Both the position numbers and the translations under genes were made by a program. From contig JAYWIR010000010.1 of assembly GCA_036172245.1 (NCBI GenBank), forward strand, positions 4,340,001-4,404,000: DNA of 64,000 nucleotides, read 5' to 3'. The DNA is from Raillietiella orientalis. Lineage: Eukaryota. Numbering within the stretch: position 1 is the first letter of the stretch; each line of letters begins with the position of its first letter. The notes under the pieces are model-generated. The model had not been told where the DNA came from and did not search any database. It worked only from the letters and a program-made list of their open reading frames with translations. Of the stretch, positions 11,901 to 24,170 are shown in pieces.

Positions 11901-14900
11901 CCACATCATCTTCCACACCTCGTAACATCAGCGGACACACATCGTAATACCACCTGCCACACCTCGCGATGTTGGCCGACATATTTCGTGACATCAGCTG
12001 TCACCTCTCATGAGACCATCTACCACATCCCTTAATCCGCAACGTGACCGAATGTCTCTTTGGCGGGGATCAGCCAGTGCAGATAGTAGGGTCAACGATA
12101 GACAAAAGCTGCTGCTACCGGACCACAATCGAATCCGCGGACTGCACCTTCAGTTGCCAGCGCGTGGTTCGAGAGTCCGACGGGGGGGGGGCTTCGCTGC
12201 CATGCGGGAGAGGGTGGGTAGTCGGACACATCTCGCGTGCCTGGACACTTACATGCCTTCCGCCGTGTTCTCCGCGTATATCGGGGGCGGAACGGAGGGG
12301 AAAGATTCTCTGAACAGAGCCTCTTCGTCGGGAAGGATTTCATTGTCGATGCCTTCTTCGGCTTCTTCTCCGTAGTCTTCTCCCTTAGCAAACGCTTCAG
12401 TGGTTTTAGTCACAGAATCTTCTCCAAGTACTGACATGGTCGCAAAGACTTCTTCTGAGGTCCAAACGCCGTCGTCGCTGGGAGTCGATTCCTGGTAGGA
12501 GAAGTTTTCTTTCGAGCTTTCCGTGTGCAAGGCCGTCGATTGCAAAGACGTCGTGGAACTTCCGGTACTCTTCTGACTGCGGCTGGCGACTTTCAGATCC
12601 CCAGGGACCTTCTGCGATCTCCGAGGGATGTCGTTGGACGTGAGTATCGTGAAGCTGTCGTCGAAGTGATCTTGGAGCAGAGACCTCTGGCGGATGTTCC
12701 CGTACATTCTTCTCATGAGTCCCTGGTTGTCCATCAGGAAGTTACGTATCGAGTGCCTGCGAAGGGAGGGAGGGAGGCCGGGAGCTCGTGCACGCGGCCT
12801 TCCCGAGGCAGCTGGAGACACTCACCACGGATACAGGGAACCTGGTCTGTCACACCAGTTCTCCTTGTGCAGCTCGCAGGGAAGGTGGCTGACCAGGTCC
12901 ATCTGCTTGCTCGTGCGCGTGCCGCAGTTCATGTAGCCGCTGTAGGAGCAATAGGACACGGAGGCGGCGCTGAGTATCTGGAAGAGAAACTGAACACCAT
13001 GAGTGCAAGAAACTTCCGTCTTGGCGGCTTCTCGGCCGCATTGATGGAAGGTGGGCCAGCTCTCGCTGTTCCATCTCAAGGAACTCTTTCTCATTCGGCG
13101 TTGTTGCTGCTGCCGCGCAAGCGGATGCCGGAGGGATGGACGCGGCGTCGCGTCCCATGAGGAGCAATGTCCTCCTCCTCTCCCGGTCGGAGCTCCAGGA
13201 CAGGACGAAAGAAAACAGTCTCAAGGGAGCACATCGAGGATGCGCGGAATACGAACCGGCGATGGTAAACCCCGGGGTCGGTTCTCACGTGGTCCGCTAC
13301 ATGATCCTTCCTCTGAGGAAACGCATCACTAAACGCCGCGCCCCGCACGTGTCCGGGACGCGGAGGAAGAAGGTCACGTTCCGTGCCACAGGCCCTTCGC
13401 TGCGTGACGGCAGCGGGAGGGAAAACAGAAGGTCGGGTCACATCCAGGAAGGCACCCTACGGACGGCTGGGAAATGCTGCAGCAGCAACCAAGGGAGACA
13501 ACCCCTTGTTCCTTTATTCATTTGCGCACAATCTCTTCCCTCCTCTCCGTACCAGTGCCCAGCTCGCCGTGGGTGCTTCACATGTCTCTCTGTGTCGCTG
13601 CCTCGGGGTTTTCTTCTTGTTTTTATTGTACGTTTGTTTACCATGAATAAACACCCCGAAGCCAGCAGATCCAAAACCCAGGGACGCCCGGCTGCTGGCC
13701 AAGCCCGAGTCCCTTTTGACAACAAGGGAACCACGGCCATCACTCTGGACGCACGCTGCTGCCCATCGGGAAGAAGCGCCTCCTGCAGCGTTCGAGGGTG
13801 AGCACCGAGGGGAAGACATGGAGGTCACGCGCCTCGCCTTCCCTCTCTAGAGAAAGAGAGCGTTGGTTTCCTCTTGCGACCGTCCCTCAGTCCGTCGAGA
13901 TTCTGGCACCCCAGAAACGACGGAACGACGGTGTAAGAGCTGGGAAAACACAGGGAACGCGCGCGGAACATCTCTGCTCATCGGACGAACAGAAGAGGGG
14001 AGAATGGGAGCAAAGGATTGTGCAGTTTGCAGTCCGCGAGGTGCAGGTTCATGGATCCTCTGTCTGGGGCCTCGAGCGTAGGGATAAGAGCACCAAACGA
14101 TCTGGGACTCGGGCGAAAAGACTTGGTACCGAGTCCGGTGCCGAGCGGAAGGCTGCAGGTTCGAATCCCCGACGGCGCTCCTGCGCGGCGGAGAGCTCGT
14201 TCCGGCGAGCAGCTCTCCTCCCCGCTCTCGTGAGTCAACCCTCTGAAGAGGGTAGTGGCCTGCGGAGCTAGCGAAAGGGGGCGTGTTACAACGCCTTTCG
14301 CATTTCACTTCACCATCACCATGCCAGCAGGCCGCGGTAAAGTTCCAACCAGACGGGAGAGGCACTGCGGTTGAAATCAACAAGTGGTGCAAGGAGAGAG
14401 CATTTTGCACAAGAATCCTGTTGAAGAAGCCACACAAGCTGGAACTGCCCGGACGTCGTCTAGAGGATAGCGTGGTTTGCAAACACCCGTCTAGTGTAGT
14501 CGCAGGTCTCACTCTTCGCGGCAAGAGGCACGTTGCCACTCGAATCAGCTGCCATCTTGGTTTCGACATCGGTACGTCGTACCTACTAGGAAGTGGGAAG
14601 AATAGGGATAGCATGGCAAGCCGAGGATCAAAACCCTCAATGGAATGCAGAACGTCGGAAAATCCACAAACGATTGCAACGGAACGAGACCGCCTTCTTA
14701 AAGGGTCCAGCTGCGCCCGCGCACATGTGCATTCGACTGCGTCAGACTTCGAAGTCTCTCAGGATCCTCAGTCAGCCACTGGCAACAGGTGTGGATGGAT
14801 CCGGAGGAACAGAAGCGACCACACTAGACTCATGTTGGGATGAGTTGCGCGCAAGCTCCAAGGGAGCAGTGTGGTCTCGCCAACCTGCGATTTTCTGGAA

Positions 14901-17900
14901 AGGCAACTTGTCTTCCTGTTGAGCTGATGGCTTCGTGCCCTCTCTTCCTGGAGCCCCGGTACTTTTTCTTCCGGACTTCAGGCTTCTCCGTCTTCATCCT
15001 CATCAAACGCTCCTTTTACCTCCAGAGAGCAGGGCAAGCTGCCTGCTGTAGGCGTTGGCGGCGTCCCTTACCGGTTTTCTCAGGACCGAAAGTTCCTGAC
15101 CACACACCACCCTGGGTTGCGGGTGCTTCCATTCAGGCCCTGATAGCGCTGCCTATCATCATTGCTCACCATCAATCGCCCGCATGAATTACGGAAACTC
15201 AAACCATCGAATTTCGTGCATGATTCAATCGCAAGCGGACTGCCTATACGCGTGTATTACTAAGAACGCATCTAGCCACTATTGAATCAGAATTGCATTT
15301 CCATTACGCCTACCTGCCATTTCATACGACATCTAAGAATCACCGTCTTGGAAATTCAGCTACGTCGCCAATTCACCTATGAATGCCATAAAAGCATCGA
15401 AGACGAAAAAAAAAAAAAAAAACATTGTAACACAACGCGGTAGAAAAAAAACAAAACAAAATGGCCGCAACACTGGGAAGGCGCACGTTCAGGAGAATCC
15501 GCCGCTGTCCGATTTTCGACAGCGGAAGAAGGGGGGAAGGGGCGAGCAACGGTAATGATCGACAGCTTGCAGTGCGCGCATGCGCCACCAACTGGCGCAC
15601 GAAAGCAGCAGCTGCTGCTGCTGCTGATGATGATGATCCTCCCGAACGCTCTGGGAAAGAACGCGGAAGGATGCTCGGGAAGAAGGGCCGGCGCGAGACG
15701 AGGAGCCGCTGGCGCCCGCCCTACGCCAGAGACAGATCCCATGACGGAACCACTTCGCAACGGCGGCGGCCGAGGCGACCGGGACCTCCTCCCGCCGCCC
15801 GTCTGCAGGGTGGCGGGAGGTGGCAGGGAGCTCAGGCAGGTGTTTCGGCAACCACGCGCTTTTCCGCATCCGGCTCCGTTCGGTCCAAGGTTCCTCAGGG
15901 TGAGTGCCTGCAAGGCTCCGAGAAAGTGTGCAAGGGAAAGCGGGTCCGCCATCTAACTGGAGCGGATGCAGCCGGTGACGCGGTGGGAGGAGACGCTTTC
16001 CACTTGCTCCTCACGTAGTCGGTAGTCACGGCCACCCTCCCCCCTTTCCCCTCGCGTACAGGAACGCTGCTGCTGCGTCACTCGGGAGCACCGGAGCGCC
16101 TCGAGAGACTCCTGTCGGGGAAAAGCTGACGCCTGTCGATTCTCCCGGTCGTCACGTGGGAGCGCAGTCTTCGGCTTGTTTTTTTTTCTTTGTTCGTCTT
16201 CCTTTTTCCTTTCCGGCGGACTGCGACGGGAATCCGCATGGAACAGACTTTCGTTAGTAGTCGACGCCAGGTGTCAGGAAAGCTGTGGGCCGGGGAAGAG
16301 GAAATCCGATTTTCCGCCGTCGACTGCGAAGCTCCCCCCCCCTCTCTCTCTCTCTCCGCGGCAATTCTGTCAGCGTCCGCGACACCGGAAGCTCAGGCGG
16401 AGTCGCGCAGCAGCTCAGCTCCCGTTTCGCCGGTTCTCTCTGCGCCGCGGAATTCAGCGCGTGGCAACCGAGCCCATGTCCCGTCTCGGAGGACCCACCG
16501 CCGCTCGGGGAAGCGAGCACCTTTCTTCTTCCTCTTTCTTCTGCCGGAAGCGGCTCGCGTTTTCCCGTCTCCGTGGAAACGCCCCTGGCAAGAGGCCGCG
16601 CTGCTCGCTGGTCACGGAGGAGTCGTCGGCTTTCCTGCAGATCTGCTCACGCGATCCGAGCCAACGCTTCGATTCCTGTTCCTGCCTCCCGGCAGCTTCG
16701 ACGGGGAGGAGGAATTTCTGGGGGTTGAGGTCTTCTCGGGCGCGGCGGTTTGCCTGACGTGCCACACGAGAAGACTGTGCGCTCTGGATCGGCGTCTTTT
16801 CGGGAGACCGGCCTCTGGGAGCGAAAGGGGCTGCTGACCTCGGTGCCGAGCCGATTGCTCCTGCGGAGAAGAAGGGGGAGAGGGGGAGCGACGACTGGAA
16901 GCAGACACGCAGCCGGCGGGCGCTCCAGAGTGGTGCCGGGCCTTTCCTTCATGAAACATCTGATTACGAGAGAACCGGTTGCACCCCTCCCCCCCCCCCA
17001 GGGGGTTGCTTCTCCAGAGTGTCAAGAAGCGTGCTGGTCCCTTCGAGGGACCTCTATCAGAGACATTGGGAAGCGTCCCTTCGGGGTTCTCTTCAGAGGA
17101 GTATCAACAAGGAGCGACCCCTATAAATGGAGAGGTCTTCCGGAGAGGATGACGGCGTTCCTTCCGGGGTCCCTTCAAAGACAACCAGGACGAGGGTTCC
17201 TTTCAGGGTTTCTTCCCTCCCAAGGAACGAACTCTTTTCCCCGGAGCCTTCCTGGATTCATGGGGTGCTCCTTTCGGGTTTGCCCCCCCATAGTTTGAAG
17301 AGTTGTGCGCACTCTCGAGTGGCATGGATAGAGTCAACGAGCTTCGTAAGCTCCCCGAAAGGAGGCAAACGGTTCTTCAGCACTTGACAAACCAAAAAAG
17401 AAAAAGGAAAGGCTGGAAGGGAGGCAGGGGAAGCGGAAGGACCCCAAAGGATTCTCCCTGTGCGATTGCGTTCCGGAGAATAGAGAGGATGCCTCCGGTT
17501 GTTTTTTCTTTCTGGTCTTAGGTTTCACTCTTCGCGGCACGAGGCACGTTGCCACTCGAATCAGTTGCCATCTCGGTTTCGAACCCATGGAGCGCCCGTT
17601 TCCCTGAAGTCGATGCCTCCGCGGGCGGGGCTCGAACCCGCAGCGCTTGGTGCCACGTGGGGAATCCGCCGCCGCGGGCAAAGAGGGATCTTGAGGCTCG
17701 CTCGCTGACCTCAGGTCGTCACTTGAAACCCGTGTGCGGAAATGACGCAGATCGTCTTTACGCGCGCACGTTCGCGCCCTAGAGCGAAGGTGAGATCCCG
17801 GCTCTAAGCTTGTGGTCAGCCGAGTTGCCGCTCTCGACCGTCGACTGTCTTTGGCAGAAGACCCTGCAAAGAAGCGAAAGAACGACCTTGGGGAACCGTG

Positions 17901-20900
17901 AGCGGGAAGAAGCTCCTGCCGCGGGCATTCGCGATGACCGTGTGAAGCTCGAAGAGGAGCGCAGCGCCACTCGAACTATGCCGTCGCTCGTCCATGCCCT
18001 TTGCTGGATGGGCCTTGGACCGGCCGTTCGAAGTCCACCGGGCCTCAGGGAGATCAGGTCTGACAGGCGGGCGAACGAGCTACCCTGCTCACGGCTGGTG
18101 GCTACTTGAGCATCGCGGAATCGATAATTCCACAGTTCATGGGAAGAGAGGAAGGGTAACCCAGGAGACAACGAACTCGTGCTCCAGACCCGAACGGTAG
18201 GAACTCTCGAACGCGGGGGGGAGGCTGACAGCGGAATGGGGTCACCGCCGAGGATTCAGACCGCAAGGGCCGATCGCTTTACGGAAGACGGTGGGGTGGT
18301 GGAACTGCTGCGGTAACGATAGGAGGAGGAAGGGATGGAAGAACGGACTCTGCAAATCATTTTGGGGTGCGGCCCCGTGGGGCGGTCGTCGTTTGTGTTG
18401 ACTGCACTTCTTTCCCTTCTTCTTTGCATTGCTGAAGGCATGGCAACCGAAAAGCAAGTAGCTGCATGCTTTTCCCCTGGAGCCATTTACAACACCTGGC
18501 TTCTCTTTTCCGATCGATGCTGGAGAGACGTTCAATAAGGGTTTCTCGTTCCTCTGGCGGCTTCGAATCTTTCGGTGGGGGAGAAGATCCCTACTTCTAC
18601 TCCCTCGTTTCCCCGCCAGAGGGCGTCAGAGGAAGGGACCAGTTAGGAGTGGTGGTGGTGGAACGCGCCAACCTTCCGTGGGGAAAGCGGTCTCTCGAAC
18701 GGTGACGCGATCGCACCGACGGCTGTTGGCGTAGGGAGGAGGCACGGAGGAGGAGGGCTGGCTCTCGGCTTCGCTTCGAAGGAGGGGAAGCCGGCGCAAG
18801 AGCGGCCTCCGCGGAAACCTCAGAGACCTAGGGAGCGACAAAGCGTTGAAGGAACTGGAAATCCCCAAGGAACACGTCGGGAACGCGGCAGTGGGCGCCA
18901 ACTTGCAGCCGGAACCGTTCGACGCGCCACCGCCCGCGACCGAAGAGCACTCGAATGTGTCGAGCGGCGCCGGAGAGGAACGGGCATGCCAAGAGAACGG
19001 GGAGAAAGAAGAGGAAGGGAGCAGGAGGAGGAGGTGCACCGGTCGCTGCTAGGCGACCTGACACTCGCACTTCCGCTTTCACCTCAACTTCTGGGACGAC
19101 TCGAGCCGCGCAGCACGGAGCGCTGCTAAAGCTTTGGGGAGGCATGACCACTCGGCGCGACCGCAGGGCTCGGCACTTATCGCGCGCGCTGCACCGCACG
19201 GGGGGCACGCGCTGGACTGCGCCTACCGCGGACCGGACGCCGCCGCAAAGGCAATGCTCGTCTAGCGGCGCTGCACCTCTCTGAGGCGCCTTCGCTCTGG
19301 CGCCCAGGGCTCGAGGAGCGCATCCCGGGAGACCGAGGGCGAGCCGCCCTCGAGGCAACCGGAACCGGAGTTCCGAGGTGGCGGGAAGGCGGGTAGAAAG
19401 AGCAGACGTCGCCTGGTGGTCTGCTGGAGCACTGCAGCAGGCGAGGCGAAGGAAGAGGCGCACGGGCGACCGGCGCCAGCATCCGCAAAGCGCGACCGGC
19501 GGAGCGCCCGCGAGCAGAGCCGGCAGAGCAGCAGCGAAGAAGACGGAAGGCCTCCCCGAGCGACAGGCGGAGCACACCGGGAGAACAACGGTGCGCTGTT
19601 CCAGGGAGGTCGACCGGGGGCCCTCGTCTGACCGCTTCCCGTGGCGGGGGACGGAACGAAGAGGATGCGCAGACAGCGACGACGGTGGCGGATCCGCTAG
19701 CCGCTGGTCGCATCCCGTAGAAAGTCAGCTGTAGGGCCTGAGCGCGGAGAAGTGCCCACTCCCTCGTGAGGAGGGTCGCCCGCAGCCAACGTCCTGCGGG
19801 AATGCGGCGGAGCCTCCGGGGGCGCGAGGGGATGCTAGCGGGAAGAATCCTCCCGGGTTTGGAGGTTACGGAAGCGGCTTCGCCGTGGGCGGTCACGGGA
19901 AAAGCCGCTCCCGCTGCCAGAAGAGGTGGAAGGGAATCCCCGGGTCGCCGGAACAAGTGCCGGCGGCGGCGTGTCCGCCGTTCCCTTGGAGGCGTGCGAA
20001 GAGCCGGATGGCACGCAAGGGGCGGACTGGGAGCTGAGCCCTAGGGCAGCGCTTGCGGGTGCACCACATTTCGGAGCGCGCGTGGCCGGCGGCCCTCGCG
20101 AGGGATGGCGTCCAGAGGCGGTTACGACCGCGCGTGCCCCTCAGGGCATTCCTGGGAGACGTCCTTGCGGCGCGGCTGCAGCAGCGGTCTTCCCCTTTTC
20201 GCCTCCTTCTTTTCTGCCTTTTCTCCTCCCTCCTTTTCCCTCCACCCCATTCTGGAGTTCCTGTCCGTTGGCGCGCGCGAACCGCCACCTCACGCGTTGA
20301 GGGGTCGCCCCCGGGCGCTGGACTTCCCCGCGGCGTCCTTACGTCGACATGTCCTCCGCTTCTTCCACCTCGCTCCCATGCGGAGTGAAAGGGCGCGATC
20401 GTCCGCATGCAATTCCGCCGATGGAGGGTAAGAGGGGGGAGAGCCATGGCCAGCGCGCCCATTGGCCTTTCCATCAGGGAACGCAAAACTCAGTATCGGC
20501 GAGCTCGGAATGCTCAGCCCGGTGGCTCCGTTGTCATGGAAACAGTGTCTTCTCCCCCCCCCCCCTTCGCTCTCTTCCTCCTTGAAGGACCCGCGTCCGA
20601 CTCGCCCAAGGACCGGCGTGCGCGCGCGCTTCGGGAGGATGGGAGCTGCCTCGGCGACAGACGAAAGCGAACGCGCGCCGCCCCCGGCTCCTTCGGATCC
20701 GGGTCAAGCCTTCCTGGTGGGCGTTCCAGCGGGCGGCGGAGGTGCGCACGGCGAGAAAAGTGCGGGAGAGGAGCTCCCCTGCCCTCCCTCCTCCCCGAGC
20801 GGCAGCACACAATCCTTCGACACGGGAAAAGACGCCCCCAAGGCATGCCGCTCCATTCCGGGTCACCCTCCCGCGCTTAGGTGCTCTCCCGGGAGCCATT

Positions 20901-22254
20901 GGTTGTTCGCGTCGACGACGCCACGATGGGGCTCCCGCGTTGTTTGGTTTGTCGCGATCCTTCCATACCATCCGAAGGGCCTTCTCCTATAGGAGAAGGC
21001 CCTTCGGATGTCACATTTCCTCCCACAATGTCACATTTCCTCCTCCCCTTCCTGTCGTTCCGTCGAGTGCGGGGAGGAGGACGAGAGGGAAAGAGTCCCA
21101 GGTGAGGCCCCCTCAATCGGGGGGTCGGGAACATGTGTACTGGTTGTTCGCACACGCGGGAGTAAAGGGAGGAAGACGAGGAAAGTGGAGAAAGGGAGAA
21201 GGAGGGTTGATCTTCCGTAAGTTGTACTTTCCTGGTCCGGAAACTCCCTCCCCCCCCATCACCCTCCTGAAGCACCGTGGAGCTCTCCGTGCCACCGCAA
21301 AAGCAGTAGTCGCCAAAGTGCCCGCCGTCTTGCCCACTGGCATCATTCGCTGCGCGCTCCGCAAAGAGCGAAAGCGAACTTTCGCAGGGGACCGCCTGGG
21401 GGCTGCCAAGACTTCCGACCCAGCCGATCCTCGCTCTCTGATTCCTGCAGAGCTCCTGGAAGATGAGGCGTGTCTCTTCCTCGCGGGGCGCGGAGCGATG
21501 TCTTCGCCGGGGTGGGTCTTTCGGGCCCACCCCCGAGCCCGGCACAGTTAGGGTCGATGGGCACTTCGATCGGGAGGAGAAAAAAGCAGTTCCTTCCTCT
21601 TTCTCTTGCCAGGTAGATCGCTCTCCGCCAGGACTGCAAGCGGGCTCGCAGCATCCCTTCCTCGCCTCAGAAATTCGCCGGTGGGGATTCGAACCATACA
21701 GAAGGGAGAGTGAGGCAGGGTGGAGTCACCCCCTGCTCCTCCCCTTCCGAGGAAAGGAGTAAACGGGAAAAATGCACGCACGACACACACACACATACGC
21801 AAATTCTTCGGGACTGCGAGAGGCTGGATTTTTCATTGGCTAACAGGAAGGAAGGAAGGAAGGAAGGTGAGGGGTCACGGAGACTTCGCGGGAGCGCTGC
21901 AATAAGAATTCCGTCGACGACGGGGGCGCTGCGAGCCGGTCTTCTGGAACGTGCAGACGCGGGAACCGTTACGAACTTGGCCCGACCGGGCGCGGCCCGC
22001 CACCGGAGCGACGCCGTCGCGGTCACGCTCGAGAACGGCGCTCGCGCTCGCACCGCGGGCAGCGGCTACGCCAAGCCGCGTGCGCGCGCGCGCGCGCGCG
22101 GATCGTGCTTTGCCGCGAGGACCACCAGCACCAAGAGAACGCTGCCGCCCCCGCCGGTAGCACCTCGGACGGCGGCACCCGCGCTTGCTCGCGAAACAGC
22201 GCCAGAAGAAAAACGTACCATGCACAGCCAGTCCACTTGAGACGCCCGCGCCAT
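8525..22254 (-). CDS. spz3: Spaetzle 3 (cystine-knot, Toll-ligand family), spliced gene; join(22219-22254,12826-12977,12253-12756,11486-11608,8525-8948) = 412 aa
   Basis: Exons join in frame through GT-AG introns. They give [39 protein letters not shown] and [92 protein letters not shown], which are the characteristic Spz3 motifs. The first exon is less certain. Confidence 0.93.
11486..11608 (-). CDS. spz3: spz3 exon, cystine-knot N-half ([41 protein letters not shown])
   Basis: tttccag acceptor, gtgagt donor. Not in the ORF track; read directly from the sequence. Confidence 0.95.
12253..12756 (-). CDS. spz3: spz3 exon ([19 protein letters not shown]... Ser/Thr/acidic linker ...EGM)
   Basis: cgcag acceptor, gtaagt donor, in frame with both neighbours. 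Confidence 0.9.
12826..12977 (-). CDS. spz3: spz3 exon ([10 protein letters not shown]...[10 protein letters not shown])
   Basis: ttccag acceptor, gtgagt donor; Cys-rich prodomain motif. Confidence 0.9.
15908..15952 (-). CDS. spz3: spz3 possible alternative or cassette exon ([15 protein letters not shown])
   Basis: Preceded by ccagttag (AG acceptor), phase 0-0 and hydrophobic, but it needs a weak GC donor (CAG|gcactc). Confidence 0.35.
16975..17457 (+). repeat. Partial copy of the 23345-24170 repeat (inverted relative to it)
   Basis: Reverse-complement similarity to ~23345-23860. Confidence 0.75.
17520..17680 (-). mobile_element. tRNA-derived SINE-like element (B box GGTTCGAGCCC plus 63-bp module also at 14504-14566)
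   Basis: Head is homologous to 24096-24170; body is 59/63 identical to 14504-14566. Confidence 0.5.
20969..21010. repeat. Perfect 42-bp palindrome
   Basis: catccgaagggccttctccta|taggagaaggcccttcggatg. Confidence 0.95.
22219..22254 (-). CDS. spz3: spz3 putative first coding exon ([12 protein letters not shown])
   Basis: Good Kozak context (agcATGG) and a phase-0 donor ATG|gtacgt. Joined to [10 protein letters not shown] it gives a signal-peptide-like N-terminus. Confidence 0.55.
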
Positions 22255-22489
22255 GCTTGCCGGCTTCAGAGACGAGCAGGGCGGACGGACGAACCTCCGG
22301 AGCGAGGGCAGCAGGGGGAGGAGGGATCGAGGGAGAAGGGGGGGAGGAGGAGGGGCGGAAAGAACGGCCGCAAGACCTCTTCTTCTCTTCCCCTCGGAGC
22401 ACTCGGTACTAGAAAACACTTTCCCCCAGGAGGCGCGATCCGGAGACACCCATGCGGGGTCGAGTGACCGATTGCGGAGAAGTGGAAAG

Positions 22490-22560
22490 GAGCGTGTTAA
22501 CTGGATTCGGCGACAGTGCCCTGACCTCATTCGGACGGTGACGTCAGCGGCGGAACGAGT
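22490..22560 (-). promoter_or_regulatory. Candidate spz3 core promoter (Inr-like CCAGTT ~22500, perfect CRE TGACGTCA 22539-22546)
   Basis: Motifs lie ~250-290 nt upstream of the putative ATG in a very CpG-rich segment. Motif evidence only. Confidence 0.3.
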
Positions 22561-23344
22561 CCTCTCGTCCGAGGAGCACGCGCCGGCGCTGCCGCTGCTG
22601 GCTCGGGCGGGCTGCGGTACCGGCGGCGGCGGAGGGAGAATTCGCTCTCTTCCGGAGGCGGTCGGCTGGTGCCGGGAGACGCCCGAAAAGCGCCTCTTCC
22701 TCCTCCTTTCTCGAGGGCGGCGCGCGCGCTGGGTGGGCCGGGTTCATTGATCACCCCCGCCTCTGCCGACTGCCTCGCTCCGCCGCCGCCGCTGAGGCGG
22801 CCGTGGGACGCTCCCGGCTCTCAGAGGGGGAACAACAAGAAGCAAAGACACAAGAACAAAAGGGGGGGGAAGATGCGAAGCGACTTCTTCGCTCCCCCCC
22901 TTCCTCCTCCTCGCCGCGTGCCTCTCCCAAGACGCGACGGAAAATCCAACCGCCTCCCGCCGATGTAGGTTAGCCGTAGGGAAATGTAGGTCACTCTCCT
23001 TACGGTGGAGCAAGGAGGCGATTTTGCTTTTGACTTGGTGAAAGTTTCGTTCTCCTTCCGCCGCAGTGGACGCTGCGCGCTCAACCCACGGCCGCGTGTT
23101 CCCGAGTCTGCCCGCCCGGAACTCCCATGTGTCGGGACAGACCAATCCGGCGGTGAGTTGCGGCTACGAAGGGGGGCGACCTACGGCTCCGCTCGAAAGG
23201 AGGAACGCGCGAAACGCGAGCGTGGTGGCAAGGGGGAGGGGGGCGCCCGGGTTCGTGGACGGGTCGAAGCCGCCTGGGCTAGCCGCCGCCTTCCTCCTCC
23301 TCGTCCTCCTTTAAGAGATACACTGATTTGCAAGGATGATGATG

Positions 23345-24170
23345 GAAACTCTCTTGGGGTCCTTCCGCTTTCGCTGCCTCCTTTCCAGCCTTTCCTTTTT
23401 TTTTTTTTCTGGTTCGCCGAGTGCTGAAGAACCGTTCGCCTATTTGCGGGGAGCTCACGAAGCTCTTTGACGCTGTCCATGCCACTCGAGAGTGCGCACA
23501 ACTCTTCAAACTATGGGGAGCACCCCATGAATCCAGGAAGGCTCCGGGGAAGGAGTTCGTTCCTTGGGAGGGAAGGAACCCCGAAAGGAACCTGCGCCCT
23601 GGTTGTCTTCGAAGGGGAACCTCGTCCTGGTTGTCTCCCAAAGAAACCCCAAAGAAAACTTCTTCCTTATTCTCTCTGGAGAGACCTCCTGAAGGTGGCC
23701 AATTCATTGTTTCTTCTCCGATGGAAACCTGAAAGGGTTTCCTCCTCCGAAGAGAACCCCGAAGGGACGCTTCCGAATTTCTCTGGAGGGCGCTCCCTGA
23801 AGGAGGCAGAGCTTCTTACACTCTGGAGAAGCGACTCCCGAGGGGAGTATCCACCAGCTCCATAGTACGAAATGGAGGGTTCCTCCAGGAGAGGGAGGAG
23901 GGAAAGCTCCATTTTTACAACCGGAGGGGAACCCCAAATGGCTCCTTGATTGCTGAAAGGACCCCGGAGGTCAACTTCCAATCCCAGCCACTCAACGGGG
24001 ACATCCAACTTCCATCATTGCCACACCCGAATAGACCAATTAGCATCATCTTGAGAGGAGACTCCAAACCCGCGACGCATCCCCCATTCCTCGGCGTCGA
24101 TCCTCCGCGTGGGGATTCGAACCCGCGATGTTCGGTGCCTCGTGCGGAGACCTCAGTGGCCGCCAACGTG
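23345..24170 (-). mobile_element. ~0.8-kb interspersed repeat with tRNA-like head (other copies 16975-17457 + and 30020-31285 +, the latter interrupted)
   Basis: Long alignable stretches between the three loci (e.g. cccaaggaacgaactc..., gagttgtgcgcactctcgagtggcatgga); B box GGTTCGAATCCC at one end. Confidence 0.7.

Noticed and set aside
14100..14180. Possible tRNA (B box GGTTCGAATCCC); similar isolated B box near 21685-21697 (minus)
   Set aside because: No cloverleaf; at most decayed SINE heads.
14504..14566. Hammerhead or HDV ribozyme reading of CTGATTCGAG...CGAAG (minus strand)
   Set aside because: The core deviates from CUGANGA/GAAA, and I could not build stems I/III or the HDV pseudoknot.
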